Positions 23,621 through 34,926 of a stretch of DNA of 64,000 nt are shown here, one piece after another. The DNA lies in contig OZ360257.1 in the NCBI GenBank assembly GCA_977017645.1, forward strand, positions 14,694,001 to 14,758,000, read 5' to 3'. The notes beneath the pieces were generated by a model that saw nothing but the letters and a program-made list of their open reading frames with translations, was not told where the DNA came from and did not search any database. The position numbers were made by a program, and so were the translations under genes. This DNA comes from Torpedo marmorata. Its lineage: Eukaryota. Every line of letters begins with the position of its first letter. Positions within the stretch are counted from its first letter, which is position 1.

Positions 23621-23995
23621 CAGTGGTTTTCAAACTTTTTCTTTCCACTCACATACCACCTTAAGTAATCCTTATGCCATAGGTGCTCTGTGATTAGTAA
23701 GGTTTACTTAAGGTAGTATGCGAGTGTGGAAAAAAAGGTTTAGAACCATTGCTCAAGACCCAATTGTTAGTGAAATATTTTGCTTGAGAAAAACTGTCTT
23801 TGGCCCATTTCCTTTTGAGTTATGAAACCGTGCACACAACGAGTCAACGAGGTACGATTAAAACAGTGGTTTTCAAACTTTTTCTTTCCACTCACATACC
23901 ACCTTAAGTAATCCCTTACTAATCACAGATCAACTATGGCATAGGGATTACTTAAGGTGGCATGTGAGTGTGAAGAAAAAGTTTGAAAACCACTG
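23621..23995. mobile_element. Non-autonomous hAT (Charlie-like) composite MITE
   Basis: Termini CAGTGGTTTTCAAAC / GTTTGAAAACCACTG; 8-bp TSD CATTAAGC / CATTAAAC. Confidence 0.85.
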
Positions 23996-24139
23996 CATTA
24001 AACTAACTAGCGCAACTGCATCTCATCTGTCCAATCATCGAGCGACCAGTAATTTTAGAGAACGAAAACAATTACAATCCTATTATTAGAATAGTTGGTG
24101 TACTTCGTAAGCCATGTAACATCAGCTAAAAAAAATATT

Positions 24140-24318
24140 ACTCGAGTTTTCAAGTCAACTCATGTCAAGTTTATTTTCATCTGATTGCACAAGTACAACC
24201 CGAAGAAACAGCGTTATCCGGTCCTGGGTACACAACATGCCGACATAACACCAGACATAACACACATACAACCCAATAATACATATTTACGTCATACATA
24301 TAATACATTTTAATGCAC
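24140..24318 (-). mobile_element. Short LINE 3' tail (Rex1-like, (CTTGA)n end)
   Basis: CAAGT repeats followed by TTTATT. Copies at ~37823-37980, ~50420-50575 and ~63078-63232. Confidence 0.5.
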
Positions 24319-25164
24319 AGATTCTCCAACCGGCGCAATGCTCTTGTCCATTGAATAAACGCGTTGCTTTGCTGACGTAAGTACCCAACTTTATAGAAAC
24401 AAATCCCAAGTGTTCGTGTTGCATTTCGATTTTTAATATACTGTAGCAAAATGTTGTGACATAAAGTTGACGGAATTAATGGAAAATAGGTAATGGTTTA
24501 GCTTTGCACGTGGCGAAATAATTTTTAATGTCAGTCAGCCACTCAGAAAAGATCCCCGCCTGCCGATCCAAAATAAGGAAGATATGTGCGCTACGTTGCT
24601 TTATTTTAAGAGATTTTCCGCCGCCCACGTTAAATTTAAGAAACAGTCTGGTAGTTTTTGTTTCCTCGAATTACCTCCAGCTAAAGGACTTGAGACAGCC
24701 GGATCAGAGCAGCCTATGTGTTCCACGTACACGCAGCAGCTACATTGAGCTTCCCAGTGCTCCAGACAGTTGTAGATATCGATCAAAACCAGGTTGCAAT
24801 ACCATCCTAGGAACGAAAATGATCCATAATTATTTGGTGGAATTGGGCATGTTTCGTCGTCTAATTTTTAACTTCCACCAAGTATAATGTGCAGCAAGAT
24901 CATGAAAGAAATACCTTAAATCAAAGGCAACAAGAGGAACAGCATTTGGAAAGAAAATTGAAAATAATTCCGAGGTCCAGGATGAATCCGCAGTTGGGGA
25001 GAAGGGGATTGATTAAGGGGAGATAGCATAGCTTTGTTGTTGGCAGATTATATACAACCAATTTTGTGTTTGTTTCGAGGAACAGCTCAATGTATCGATG
25101 AGAGTACTGCAGTTGATGAAGTTGACACTATTTTCGGTACGACCCTGTCAAATATCCAGATAAT

Positions 25165-25392
25165 GGGCTTGCACGGTTAGCGTAGCGGTTAGTGCAACAC
25201 ATTTACAGGGCCAGTGTCCCGGGTTCGAACCCGGCCCTTTCTGTGAGGAGTTTGTCCGTTCTCCATGTGTCTGCGTGGGTTTCCTCCGGGTGATCCGGTT
25301 TCCTCCCACCCTTTAAAACGTAGCTTTATTGGGTTATTTGAGCGGCACAGACTGTGGGCCAGAAAGGCCTGTTAAGGTGCTGTATGTCTAAA
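25165..25392 (+). mobile_element. tRNA-derived V-SINE (HE1-like)
   Basis: A box TAGCGTAGCGG, B box GGTTCGAACCC, and V-domain-like GGAGTTTG..GTTCTCC..GTGGGTTTCCTCCGGG..CCGGTTTCCTCCCAC. Copies at ~38830-39055 and ~51430-51655. Confidence 0.8.
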
Positions 25393-26294
25393 TAATGCAC
25401 TGGTCACAGTTCAAGGGATCAAAGTCAATTTGGAAATTCGGATTCAATGTTTGCCTCGTAACAGAAGGTAATAGTTCATGATGGAAAATTGAATATAGAA
25501 AATAGAAATCTTCAACGTAGTATAGGCCATTTGGCCCACAGTGTTATGCCAACCTAATAATCTCCGCTTCCAATGGCCGAGAATTTCCGTCCTGCATAAC
25601 GCTCATTTTCTCTCTGTTCCATGTACCAATATACCAGTCTCTTAAAATATCCTAGTGTACCTGCCTCCAAAACATTTGTTAGCAGTGTATTCCATGCACC
25701 CACTACTCACTGTGTGAAGATCGTGCCTCTAACCCTCCCCATGGACTAACTCCGAAGCACTTTTAAACGCCATCCGCCTGAATGGAGGTTTTCCTTTGCG
25801 TGTGGAAACGTTTCTTCCACAGTGCCAAAACGTCAAACTATTGGGGGGACTNNNNNNNNNNNNNNNNNNNNNNNNNNNNNNNNNNNNNNNNNNNNNNNNN
25901 NNNNNNNNNNNNNNNNNNNNNNNNNNNNNNNNNNNNNNNNNNNNNNNNNNNNNNNNNNNNNNNNNNNNNNNNNNNNNNNNNNNNNNNNNNNNNNNNNNNN
26001 NNNNNNNNNNNNNNNNNNNNNNNNNNNNNNNNNATAGTGGAGTCTTCCGGACGATAATTTGCCTCAGGGCCATGCTTGGAATTCAGCTCAGTAAGGTCAC
26101 GTTTGACCCTCTTTTAAGGAGAGATTGATCTCGTAAATGCGCACAAGTCGAAGTGGAGCAAACATGCAAAGTCTCATCGCGCTAACGCCACTCTCTTAAA
26201 ACTACCAGAGAAACGTGGTTCACTAATAATATAATAGCAGCAAATCACGAAATGTCTTCTGTTCTGCCCTTCAGATCAGAGAACATTATTAATC

Positions 26295-27672
26295 TAAATC
26301 TATAAAAAGGGTCATAGAGAGAATCCTGAGAATTAAAGACAGGTGAGGCTTACGTCAGTGGTGCGCAAACTATTGGAGAGGATCCTTAAGGACGGGAGTT
26401 ATGAGAATTAGGACAAAAGCATGGATTTGTGAGAGGATGATCGTGCCTCATGAGCCTCATTGCATTTTCTGATGAGATAATAAAATATATTGAGGAAAGT
26501 GTGAAGGTAGATCAGGTGTATATGGATTTCAGTGAGGCGTTTGACAAGGTTCCCCATGAAAGACTCGGTCAGAAAGACATCAGGCATTCTATCCACGGAA
26601 TCTTGGCTGTGTGGATAATAAAATTGGCTTGCCTGTAGAAAGCAGAGGACGGAACGGATCATATACTGTCTGAACGTCAGTGAGTAGTGGAGTTCCGCTG
26701 GGATATTTTCTTGAACCCCTGCTCTTTGTGATTTTCGTAAATGACCTTGATGAAGAGCGGAAGGGTGGGTCAGTAGGGTTGAAGATGATATAATGGTTGG
26801 AGGAGCTGCAGTTAGTGTTGAAGTGTGTCGTAGATTACAATGCAGAGATGGGCGCAAAAGTGGCAGATCGAGTTCAATCCGGATAAGTTTGTGAAGCATT
26901 TTGGAAGGTCAAACCTTGATGAATACAGCGTTAATGGTCGGATACTTAAGAGTGTGGAGGAACAGAGGGACCATGAAGTTCGAATCCATAGATCTCTCAG
27001 TGTTTCCACGCAGGTTGATAGGATAGTTAAGAAGGCCTATGGGATGCTGTGTTTCAATAATAGGGGGATTGAGTTCAATAGTATAGAGGTCATGTTGCAA
27101 ATCTACACACCTCTGGTGAGACCATACTTATAGTATTTTATTCTGTTCTGGCCACATCGTTATAGGAAGGATGTGGAAACTATGGAGAGGGTGCGGAGGA
27201 GATTTACCAGGGTATTGCCTGGATTGGAAAATGTCTTCTGAGGCACGGTTAGTAGAGCAAGTACTTTTCTGTTTGGAGCGAAGAAGGATGAGAGGTGACT
27301 TCATAAAAGTCTACAAGAATATATACAGTAGATAGGGTAGAGAGCAAGCGCCTTTTTCGCAGGGAGGGAATAGCAAACACCAGGGGACGTTTGCACAAAG
27401 TGAAGGGAGGAAGGTTGAGGGGAGATATCAGAGGTAAATTATTCACACAGAGATGGAGGAGCCGGCAATGCTTTGCCAGGTTGGTGGTGGGGGTTGAAAC
27501 ATTTTGGGTATTTAAGAGACTCGGAGACAGGCACATGGATGAACGAAAATTAGAGGATTAAGAGGTTGGAAGGTTTCAGTATTTTTTTTGGTAGGAATAT
27601 ACAGGTCGGCACAACATTGAAGGCCGAATAGCCTGTACTGTGCTCTCATGTTCCATCTTCTATGTTCTATGT
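26295..27672 (+). mobile_element. Decayed CR1 LINE (RT to tail)
   Basis: MDFSEAFDKVPH; (TTCTATG)n tail. Confidence 0.9.
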
Positions 27673-28160
27673 TTTGAAACTACTTTGATGCCAATCGTGA
27701 TTCTTTTCCATGTAATTTACGGCCTCTCAAAATGCATCACTCAGTGGTTGCTGGGAATGGCAGAAGCTGACTGAGTGGTTGTGAAACTTTATATGAATTG
27801 ATTTTATATGAGATTGACGATCGGTATTTTCCACATTCAGACTTCAATCAGACTTCTCTCTGTAGAGTTTTTCTGACCATGTTATTTATTTCCATTGACG
27901 GTTCAATGTGACTAACTGTGGCTTTCATGTTCGATCGATTTTTTGCAATTTGTCACCAAACGCTACAATCAAAATATTGCACAGAAAATAATTCATCTGT
28001 AGCGAAAGCGCGGTGGAATTTTCCTCAACATTTGGAGAAAACACCATTTCATTTACTAACCTCGAGACGTAATTGATATTGTTGAATAATCCTGCAGGTA
28101 ATATCATGCTTTTGCACCTTATGAATTTGAGCAGCTATTCTCTGGCAGGAAACAGTCTTT

Positions 28161-30182
28161 TTTTATTAATATTTTATTTTAAATTTTAAATTTTCTCACA
28201 GTAATACAACATACGTAGTATACATTATTAATTCCAGTAAATAAAAGACATAGTTTGTATTACAGTGTATCTAACCCCTCTCTTAACCCACCCTCTATAA
28301 AGTTGCCCACCGTCCACCCTTCCCCTCCTTTAAATTCCCTCCCCTTACTAAAAACTAAAGAAAAGAACAGAAAAGAAGGCATTGGTATTTCTTATCAAAA
28401 ACATCTGAACGGATCGCTGCTGGGTCCACGGCTCGACGCGCGGCATTCAACAATATTTATTCTTTGAATTTGAGAGAGTCAACAGGGTCGAGGATGTAGA
28501 GCAACACATTTAAATATTCATACCTAATGATTGGATATATGGACGCCAAATTTTCAAAAATATCCCATATTTGTTTCTCATATTATGTTATTCTTTCCAA
28601 TGGAATACAGCTCCGCATCTCTGAATTCCACCTATCCATGCTTAAATTTGTATCTGATTTCCAAGTTACTGCTATACACTTCCTTGCTACTGCTAAAGCA
28701 ATTTTTACAAATTTCAATTGACATGTAGATAGCTTCAACTTTGGTCCAGTTCCTTCCACATTCCCTAATAAAAATAAATCAGGATTCTGTGGAAATGTAA
28801 CACCTGTAATTTGTTTTAATCGGTTTTCTAACTCTATCCAAAAACATTTGACTTTAGAACATAACCATGTTGAATGTAGAAAAGTTCCCTCCACTTCGCC
28901 ACATCTAAAACACTTATTTGATAGCGTAGATTTTATCTTATTCAATTTTTGTGGTGTAAGGTATAATTGATGTAAAAAATATACTGTACTAATCTATATC
29001 TTACATTAATAGTATTAGTCATACTATCTTGACATAAATCCGACCACCTTTTTTCATCAATTGTAACATTAAGATCTTGCTCCCATCTTTGTCTAGATTT
29101 ATGAAGTCCTCGTTTTAAAGTTCCACTTTGGAGCAAAGAATACATTATAGATGTAATTTTTTTAATATTTACTTTCCTAATAAGGGTTTCTACCTCACTA
29201 CAATCTTGTAACAACATATCTGGACCTAGTGTTTCTCTTAGATAACCTCTTAATTGAAAATAACGAAAAAGAGTGTTATTGGGTATTCCATATTTATTCC
29301 GTAATTGTATAAACGACATCAACTGGTTCCCTTCATAACAATCTTCTATCTTCTTTATTCCCTTCTGTGACCATATGTTTAAAAATTGATTATCTTTTGT
29401 AAATGGTATAAGATTATTCTGTATCAAAGACATTTTGGGTGATATATTTCCTTTCATCCCTATCTCATAACTAATCTTGTTCCAAGCATTAATCAAATGT
29501 TTTAACAACGGTGTTTCTTTAACACCTGTCAATAATTTTGAATTCCATTTATATATAAATTCTTCTGGTACCTTTTCTCCTATTTCACCAAGCTCTATTC
29601 CAACCCATCCAGGTCTTCCTTCACTTTCAAAAAAAGAGGTAACATATCTCATTTGTGCCGCTCGATAATAATTCTTAAAATTAGGGAGTTGTAGACTTCC
29701 CAGTTCATATTTCCATGTTAAACGTTCCATAGAAACTCTTGACATTTTACCTTTCCAAAGAAATTTTCGCACTTGTTTGTTTAAACCCTGAAAAAAAACC
29801 TGTGGTAATAAAATAGGTATAGTTTGATAGAAGTTCTGTATCCTTGGAAATATATTCATTTTAATACAGTTAACTCTTCCAATCAATGTAATAGGTAAAT
29901 TAATCCATTTTTACAAGTCTTCTTTAATCTTTTTAAGAAATGGTAGATAATTCCATTTATATAATTTTTTTAATGTGTTATCTGTTCGAAACCCAAGATA
30001 TTTTAATCCATTATGTGGCCATTTAAACTGAGTACTTCTTTTACATAAAGTATAATCTCCCTCTGTAAGAGGCATAATTTCACTTTTATCCCAATTTATC
30101 TTATAACCAGAGACTTTCCCATATTCCTCCAATTTAAAATGCAATCTTTGCAAAGAGGTCTCAGGCTCTGTCAAATATATTA
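28161..30182 (-). mobile_element. 5'-truncated L1-clade LINE inserted in GPCR pseudogene B
   Basis: 11-bp TSD AAACAGTCTTT (28150-28160 and 30183-30193); SGYKINWDKS, KYLG, CFRCGEVEGTFLHSTWLC; T-rich tail on the left. Confidence 0.93.
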
Positions 30183-30509
30183 AAACAGTCTTTAACTCTT
30201 TTGCTCTTTATGTCTTTATCTTGGCGCCAAATTCCTGACCATCAGCCGCATTATACTGGCTAACCGAGCGAGGAGAGAACTACGAAGAAGGAACACCAAT
30301 GCGAATCTCAGTGTCGCAGAGATGGGGAACCGCAGGAAACCGATAATGTTGCTGCTGGTCATTTCCAGCACGTTTATTCTCTTCAGTATGGCTTTCATAT
30401 GCGTGCAATTTACTGATACGCAGTTTTTGGAAGGAAGCTGCAATGATACCTTCACCATTGCGGGATTGTCGGGTTATATGCTGATGTTTTCGATTTCTTG
30501 CCCAATCCC

Positions 30510-30752
30510 ATTGTTACCAATAGCGGTTGGAGCAACGCTATTACAGCGCCAGCGACAGGGTTCATTTCCAGCGCTACTGTAAGGAGTTTGTACGTTCTCC
30601 ACATGTCTACGTGTGTTTCCTCCGTGCCCTCCGGTTTCCTCCCAAATAAAAAAAAACGTAAGGAGGTTGAAAGTTAATTGTGGTATTTTGGTGGCACCGG
30701 CTCGTGGGCCGGAAGTGCCTGTTCCCGTTCCGTATGCTACATTTTAAATTTA
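30510..30752 (+). mobile_element. V-SINE inserted in TM7 of pseudogene B
   Basis: SINE core interrupts the frame between LMFSISCP and NHFIVAL; partial copy at ~10097-10262. Confidence 0.75.
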
Positions 30753-32647
30753 AACCACTTCATTGTTGCACTCTCCCAGAGACAATTCAGAGAGGGTCTG
30801 AAGAATCTGGTAAAATGTCCAGTGAATCTTCTGACCAAGGCAAACAACTGCAAGGAATGACACCAGTTTATTTTCTCAAATAACAAAATGAATAACCTCG
30901 AACAAAGTAAACAAACATCACTGTACGTGTATGACCACAAATGGACCTTCAAATGAAAATTGGGTCTGTGGAAGGTGCACAGAACATAAAATATACAACA
31001 CACTGCAGACCCTTCAGTACACGACATTGTGCCAAGTTACGTAAACCCGTTCCACAACAATATTATTTCCCAAGCGCACACCGATAACGCTATATCTTTC
31101 TTACACCATGTTCCTAACTTGGAGACATTAGAATGTCCCTATTGTAGCAATCTCCACCACCACCACAGGCAATGATTTCGAGGGACCAACCACTATCTGT
31201 TTAAAAACGTAACTCCCACATTTGCCTTAAAGTTTCCTTTACTCACCTTAATAAGCTGTCCTCCGGTATTAACTATTGTCGCCCCAGGAAACAGGTGCTG
31301 AATGTCCAAACATTCTAAGCCCCCTTATGACCTTATATACCTCTGTTTATTCACCTGACATCCACAGAGAAAAGCTCTATCTCTGTCAACCTTGCTCCAT
31401 ATGACATGGTCTCCAATCCAGGCAATAAAATATCCTGATAAATATCTGTACACTCTCTAATGAATGTACATACTTGTAGTAACAAAGCGACAGGAACTGA
31501 ACGCAATATTCCAAGTGTGGTCTCACCAGAGTTTTATGGGTCTGCAAAATTTCCTCTCGGCTTTTATCCGACGAATGAAGTCCAACCCACCATACACCTT
31601 CTTGACCAGCGCGTCAACTTGCGCAGCAACCTTGAGAGTGTATTAACATGGACCCCAAGATCTCTCAGTTCCTCCAAACTGTTAGCAATTCTGCCATTAA
31701 CACGCACTCCGCCTTCGATTCGACCTCCAAAGTGCACTACACTTAACCGTATTGAACTCAATCTGCCACTTCTCTGCCCAACTCCGCATCCTGTCTATAT
31801 CCCGTTATATCCCACGACAGCCTTCTGCACTCCCGACAACACTGTGAACCGTTGGATGATTAGCAAATGCAAAGAAAATAGAGCACAGAAAGAAATTCTC
31901 TGATTGGACTTGATGCCTTCGAACCAACCCTCAGCGTTTATGCATTACCCCAAATACCACAGGCGATCCAAACAGTCCTCGGATCTGTGTGGCGTTTGCA
32001 ACAAAAATTAACTCAGCATTTCAAGCGGGACGGTTCACGTCACAGTTCAGCGCAACACATTCACAGCGTCAGCGAAACGGGTTCAAATACAGCGCTGTCC
32101 TGGAAGGTGTTTTATTGCTTTCCCTCGTGAACTGCTCGGTTTCCCCGGGTACTCTGGTTTCTTCCCACTCACGAAAAAAAGTATGGGGTTGGCATGTTCA
32201 TTGGATGTGATTTGGCAGCACGGGCGACATGAGCTAAGGGTCTGTATATTTTAAACAAAACTTCAGTCAGTCCAGCATGGCAGTCGACGAGTGAAAACAA
32301 ATCCTCAGGTCAGACCGACTGATGAACTTTTGAAAACTCATGGGAAAAAAGTTATTTTCAGGTGTATAATAATGAAAAGGAAAATATATGTGATAATCAG
32401 GATCATTGGGAACAAACAACGGAGAGAATCGCGAACATGTACCCCCAGGGACGAGGTTAAAGCGAAGCAAATGGAGATAGATGAACGCGACACTCCAGTG
32501 TCACGGTTCCACGTCAGGTGATGCAGCGAGCTCGCACCTGAACCTTGTTTATTACAATAACTAGTGATAGTTACTCTGGGAGGAGCGATCGTAGGTCATT
32601 AAGTTAGAATAAACTGATAGTCTTTGTTAAATCGAGTATGTGGAGGT

Positions 32648-32689
32648 GTTATGCAAGTTAGTGTCCCAGGAGAACGGCTGTCCTATAAA
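32648..32689 (+). promoter_or_regulatory. Core promoter of gene 3 (GTTATGCAAG, TCCCAGGAG, TATAAA)
   Basis: TATAAA at 32684-32689, 81 nt before the ATG. Confidence 0.6.
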
Positions 32690-32764
32690 TTAGGCTTCAC
32701 AGTGAAACTCTTCGTTTTCACATATTCACATGTGCTGTGGAGAAACCGCTCTTATCCTCAAAAG

Positions 32765-32825
32765 ATGCCACGAATAGAAGCCACGGAGATCTTCTATCCC
32801 ATTCTTGCAATTGTCGGCATTCCTG
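32765..32825 (+). CDS. GPR139-like gene 3, coding exon 1 (MPRIEATEIFYPILAIVGIP-G)
   Basis: ATG at 32765, GTAAGT donor at 32826. Confidence 0.9.
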
Positions 32826-34012
32826 GTAAGTGATTTTGCTGCGATCTCCGCCGAGTGTTTTCTGGTTGTCCGTATTCNNNNNNNNNNNNNNNNNNNNNNN
32901 NNNNNNNNNNNNNNNNNNNNNNNNNNNNNNNNNNNNNNNNNNNNNNNNNNNNNNNNNNNNNNNNNNNNNNNNNNNNNNNNNNNNNNNNNNNNNNNNNNNN
33001 NNNNNNNNNNNNNNNNNNNNNNNNNNNNNNNNNNNNNNNNNNNNNNNNNNNNNNNNNNNNNNNNNNNNNNNNNNNNTCGTCGCTCTGCCAGGTTTTAAAG
33101 AATCTTTTGACCAGAAGTTGTTGAAGTTAGACAATGTCCAGTCACTTCCATCATATGATAGATTCTGCAATCCAGGCAACACCTTTGCACACTCTCCACA
33201 GCATCCAGATATTTCCTATAAGGAGGCAACCATAACTGAACGCCATGATTTGAACTGCATATCGTCACGTGTCCGGGGAAAAGTGAAAAGGCGTTATTTT
33301 GCCTGCTATCCAGGCAAATCAAGCCACATAAAATACAGCAGGCAGCGCAAGGATAAAAATAGAACAGGTGATAGTGTTACAATAAAGTACAGCATGACGT
33401 GTTAAAGACAGGAGTGCTGTTAGTCTATGCAAGTCATTACCTTTTCCTCGTGAGAGGGCTATTCAAGAGCCTGCCAGCAGGAATGTAAGTGCCCTTGAAT
33501 CTGGTTGGGTGCGTTTTTTTCCAAACTCGTGCTTCTTCTGCCCGGCGGCAGGGAGAAGGAGAGACTGCGGTAGGGGTGGAACAGATTCTTGAACATGTAC
33601 AGTGATTATTTATCCCGGAGACGGCGGGAGATATGAATGCAGTTTATGGTCGGGGGATTGGCTTATTGATAACACTGAATTGCGTTAATTTCTCTTCTTA
33701 GTTTCTTTTGACCCCGCCGTAGCAGTTTCCACACCAATCTGTGATGAACCCGCACCGGACACTTTCTATTGTTCATATGCACACAACGGACAGGGTCAAC
33801 GGGGGCAGGCTGAAATTCCTCATCTTCTGAGGAAGTGAAAGCGTTGCTGCTCTTTCCATTCCGTAGTGCCAATGTAATGTTGGCAACTGCATAATTTACA
33901 GGAACATACAAATGTTTCTATTAGGTTATTCCCAAAGAATCCATTGTAAAAGGCACGTGAACGATGTTGGCTTGTTTTTCTGGTAGTTTCCTGGTTTTCC
34001 ATCTTGTTACAG

Positions 34013-34926
34013 GTAACCTGCTCTCCATTGTGGTCCTGTCCCGGGGAATGTGCGGCCTCTCCAAAGGAGTGACTCGTTACATGGTAACCATGGCCGTTGC
34101 AGACACAATGGTCTGTGTGTTTAACGTTACAGTGACAATCGTCTTCCGCCATCATTTTCCTCATTCATTCCTGGCACATACCTCCACTTGTCGTCTTACA
34201 GACTTCATGCAGATATTTAGCGTGCAATTCTCTGTCTGGGCCACGGTACTGTTCACAGTAGACCGCTTCATTGCCATTTGTTGCCAGCAATTCAAAACAA
34301 AATATTGTACCGAAAGAAACGCCACGGTGATTCTGACAACTGTGGGTCTGCTGAGCTTTTCGATGCACATTCCAGCTTATTTCCGGTATGAACCCCATTA
34401 CATTGTGGGTGATGTCCAATGGGGCTGCCGTACAATAACACAATATATTTATTCACCAGCATGGCAGACTTACAGATGGTTGTCTAAACTTATGGTACCA
34501 CTGGTGCCGCTGCCGCTGATGTTGCTGTTGAATTCTCTCACCGTCCGACACATTCTACTTGTCAGCAGAGCTCGGAAGGCTTTGAAGCGCCGTGGGGACG
34601 GTGAGGTCTGTGATCCCGAGATGACGAACCGGAGAACGTCCATTATTTTGCTCTTCGCCATTTCCGGTACCTTCATAGCGTTGTGGACACCGGTTACGAT
34701 AATTGACCAATATTTCCATCTCACGTCAAGTTTTTCGATCGACGCCCCGAAGTCACTGCTTCTGGCAATTAGAATCGCGATTCTGCTGATGTATTTGAGC
34801 TGCTCTACAAACACTTGTGTTTATGCAATGACACAGAGGAGATTCCGGGAGGAGTTGAAGAAGGTGGTAAAATATCCATTTATTGCCCTTGTACGGTTTT
34901 TAAAACCAATGACGCAGCCACAATGA
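34013..34926 (+). CDS. GPR139-like gene 3, exon 2 (spliced protein 324 aa)
   Basis: AG acceptor at 34011-34012; intact 7TM ORF with DRF, LWTP and NTCVY. Confidence 0.93.

Larger units (their letters stand above)
23250..24580 (+). pseudogene. Possible very old GPR139-like pseudogene (lineage C), interrupted by MITE and Rex1 tail
   Basis: TCCAATGAAAAATTGC shared with lineage A (1476 vs 23515). Ordered traces NRRNALV (~24328-24348) and ATQKRS (~24538-24555). Copies near 36.9-38.2, 49.5-50.8 and 62.2-63.5 kb. Confidence 0.4.
27685..30860 (+). pseudogene. Divergent GPR139-like pseudogene (lineage B), split by L1 and SINE insertions
   Basis: LMPIVILFHVIYGLSKCITQWLLGMAEAD* (27685-27775); LTVAFMFDRFFAICHQTLQSKYCTE (~27911-27990); LTISRIILANRARRELR..EMGNRRKPIMLLLVISSTF (30235-30380); NHFIVALSQRQFREGLKNLVKCP (~30752-30820). 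Confidence 0.88.

Noticed and set aside
25175-25240. tRNA-like sequence with A and B boxes
   Set aside because: It runs directly into a SINE core and has no convincing cloverleaf; it is a SINE head, not a tRNA gene.
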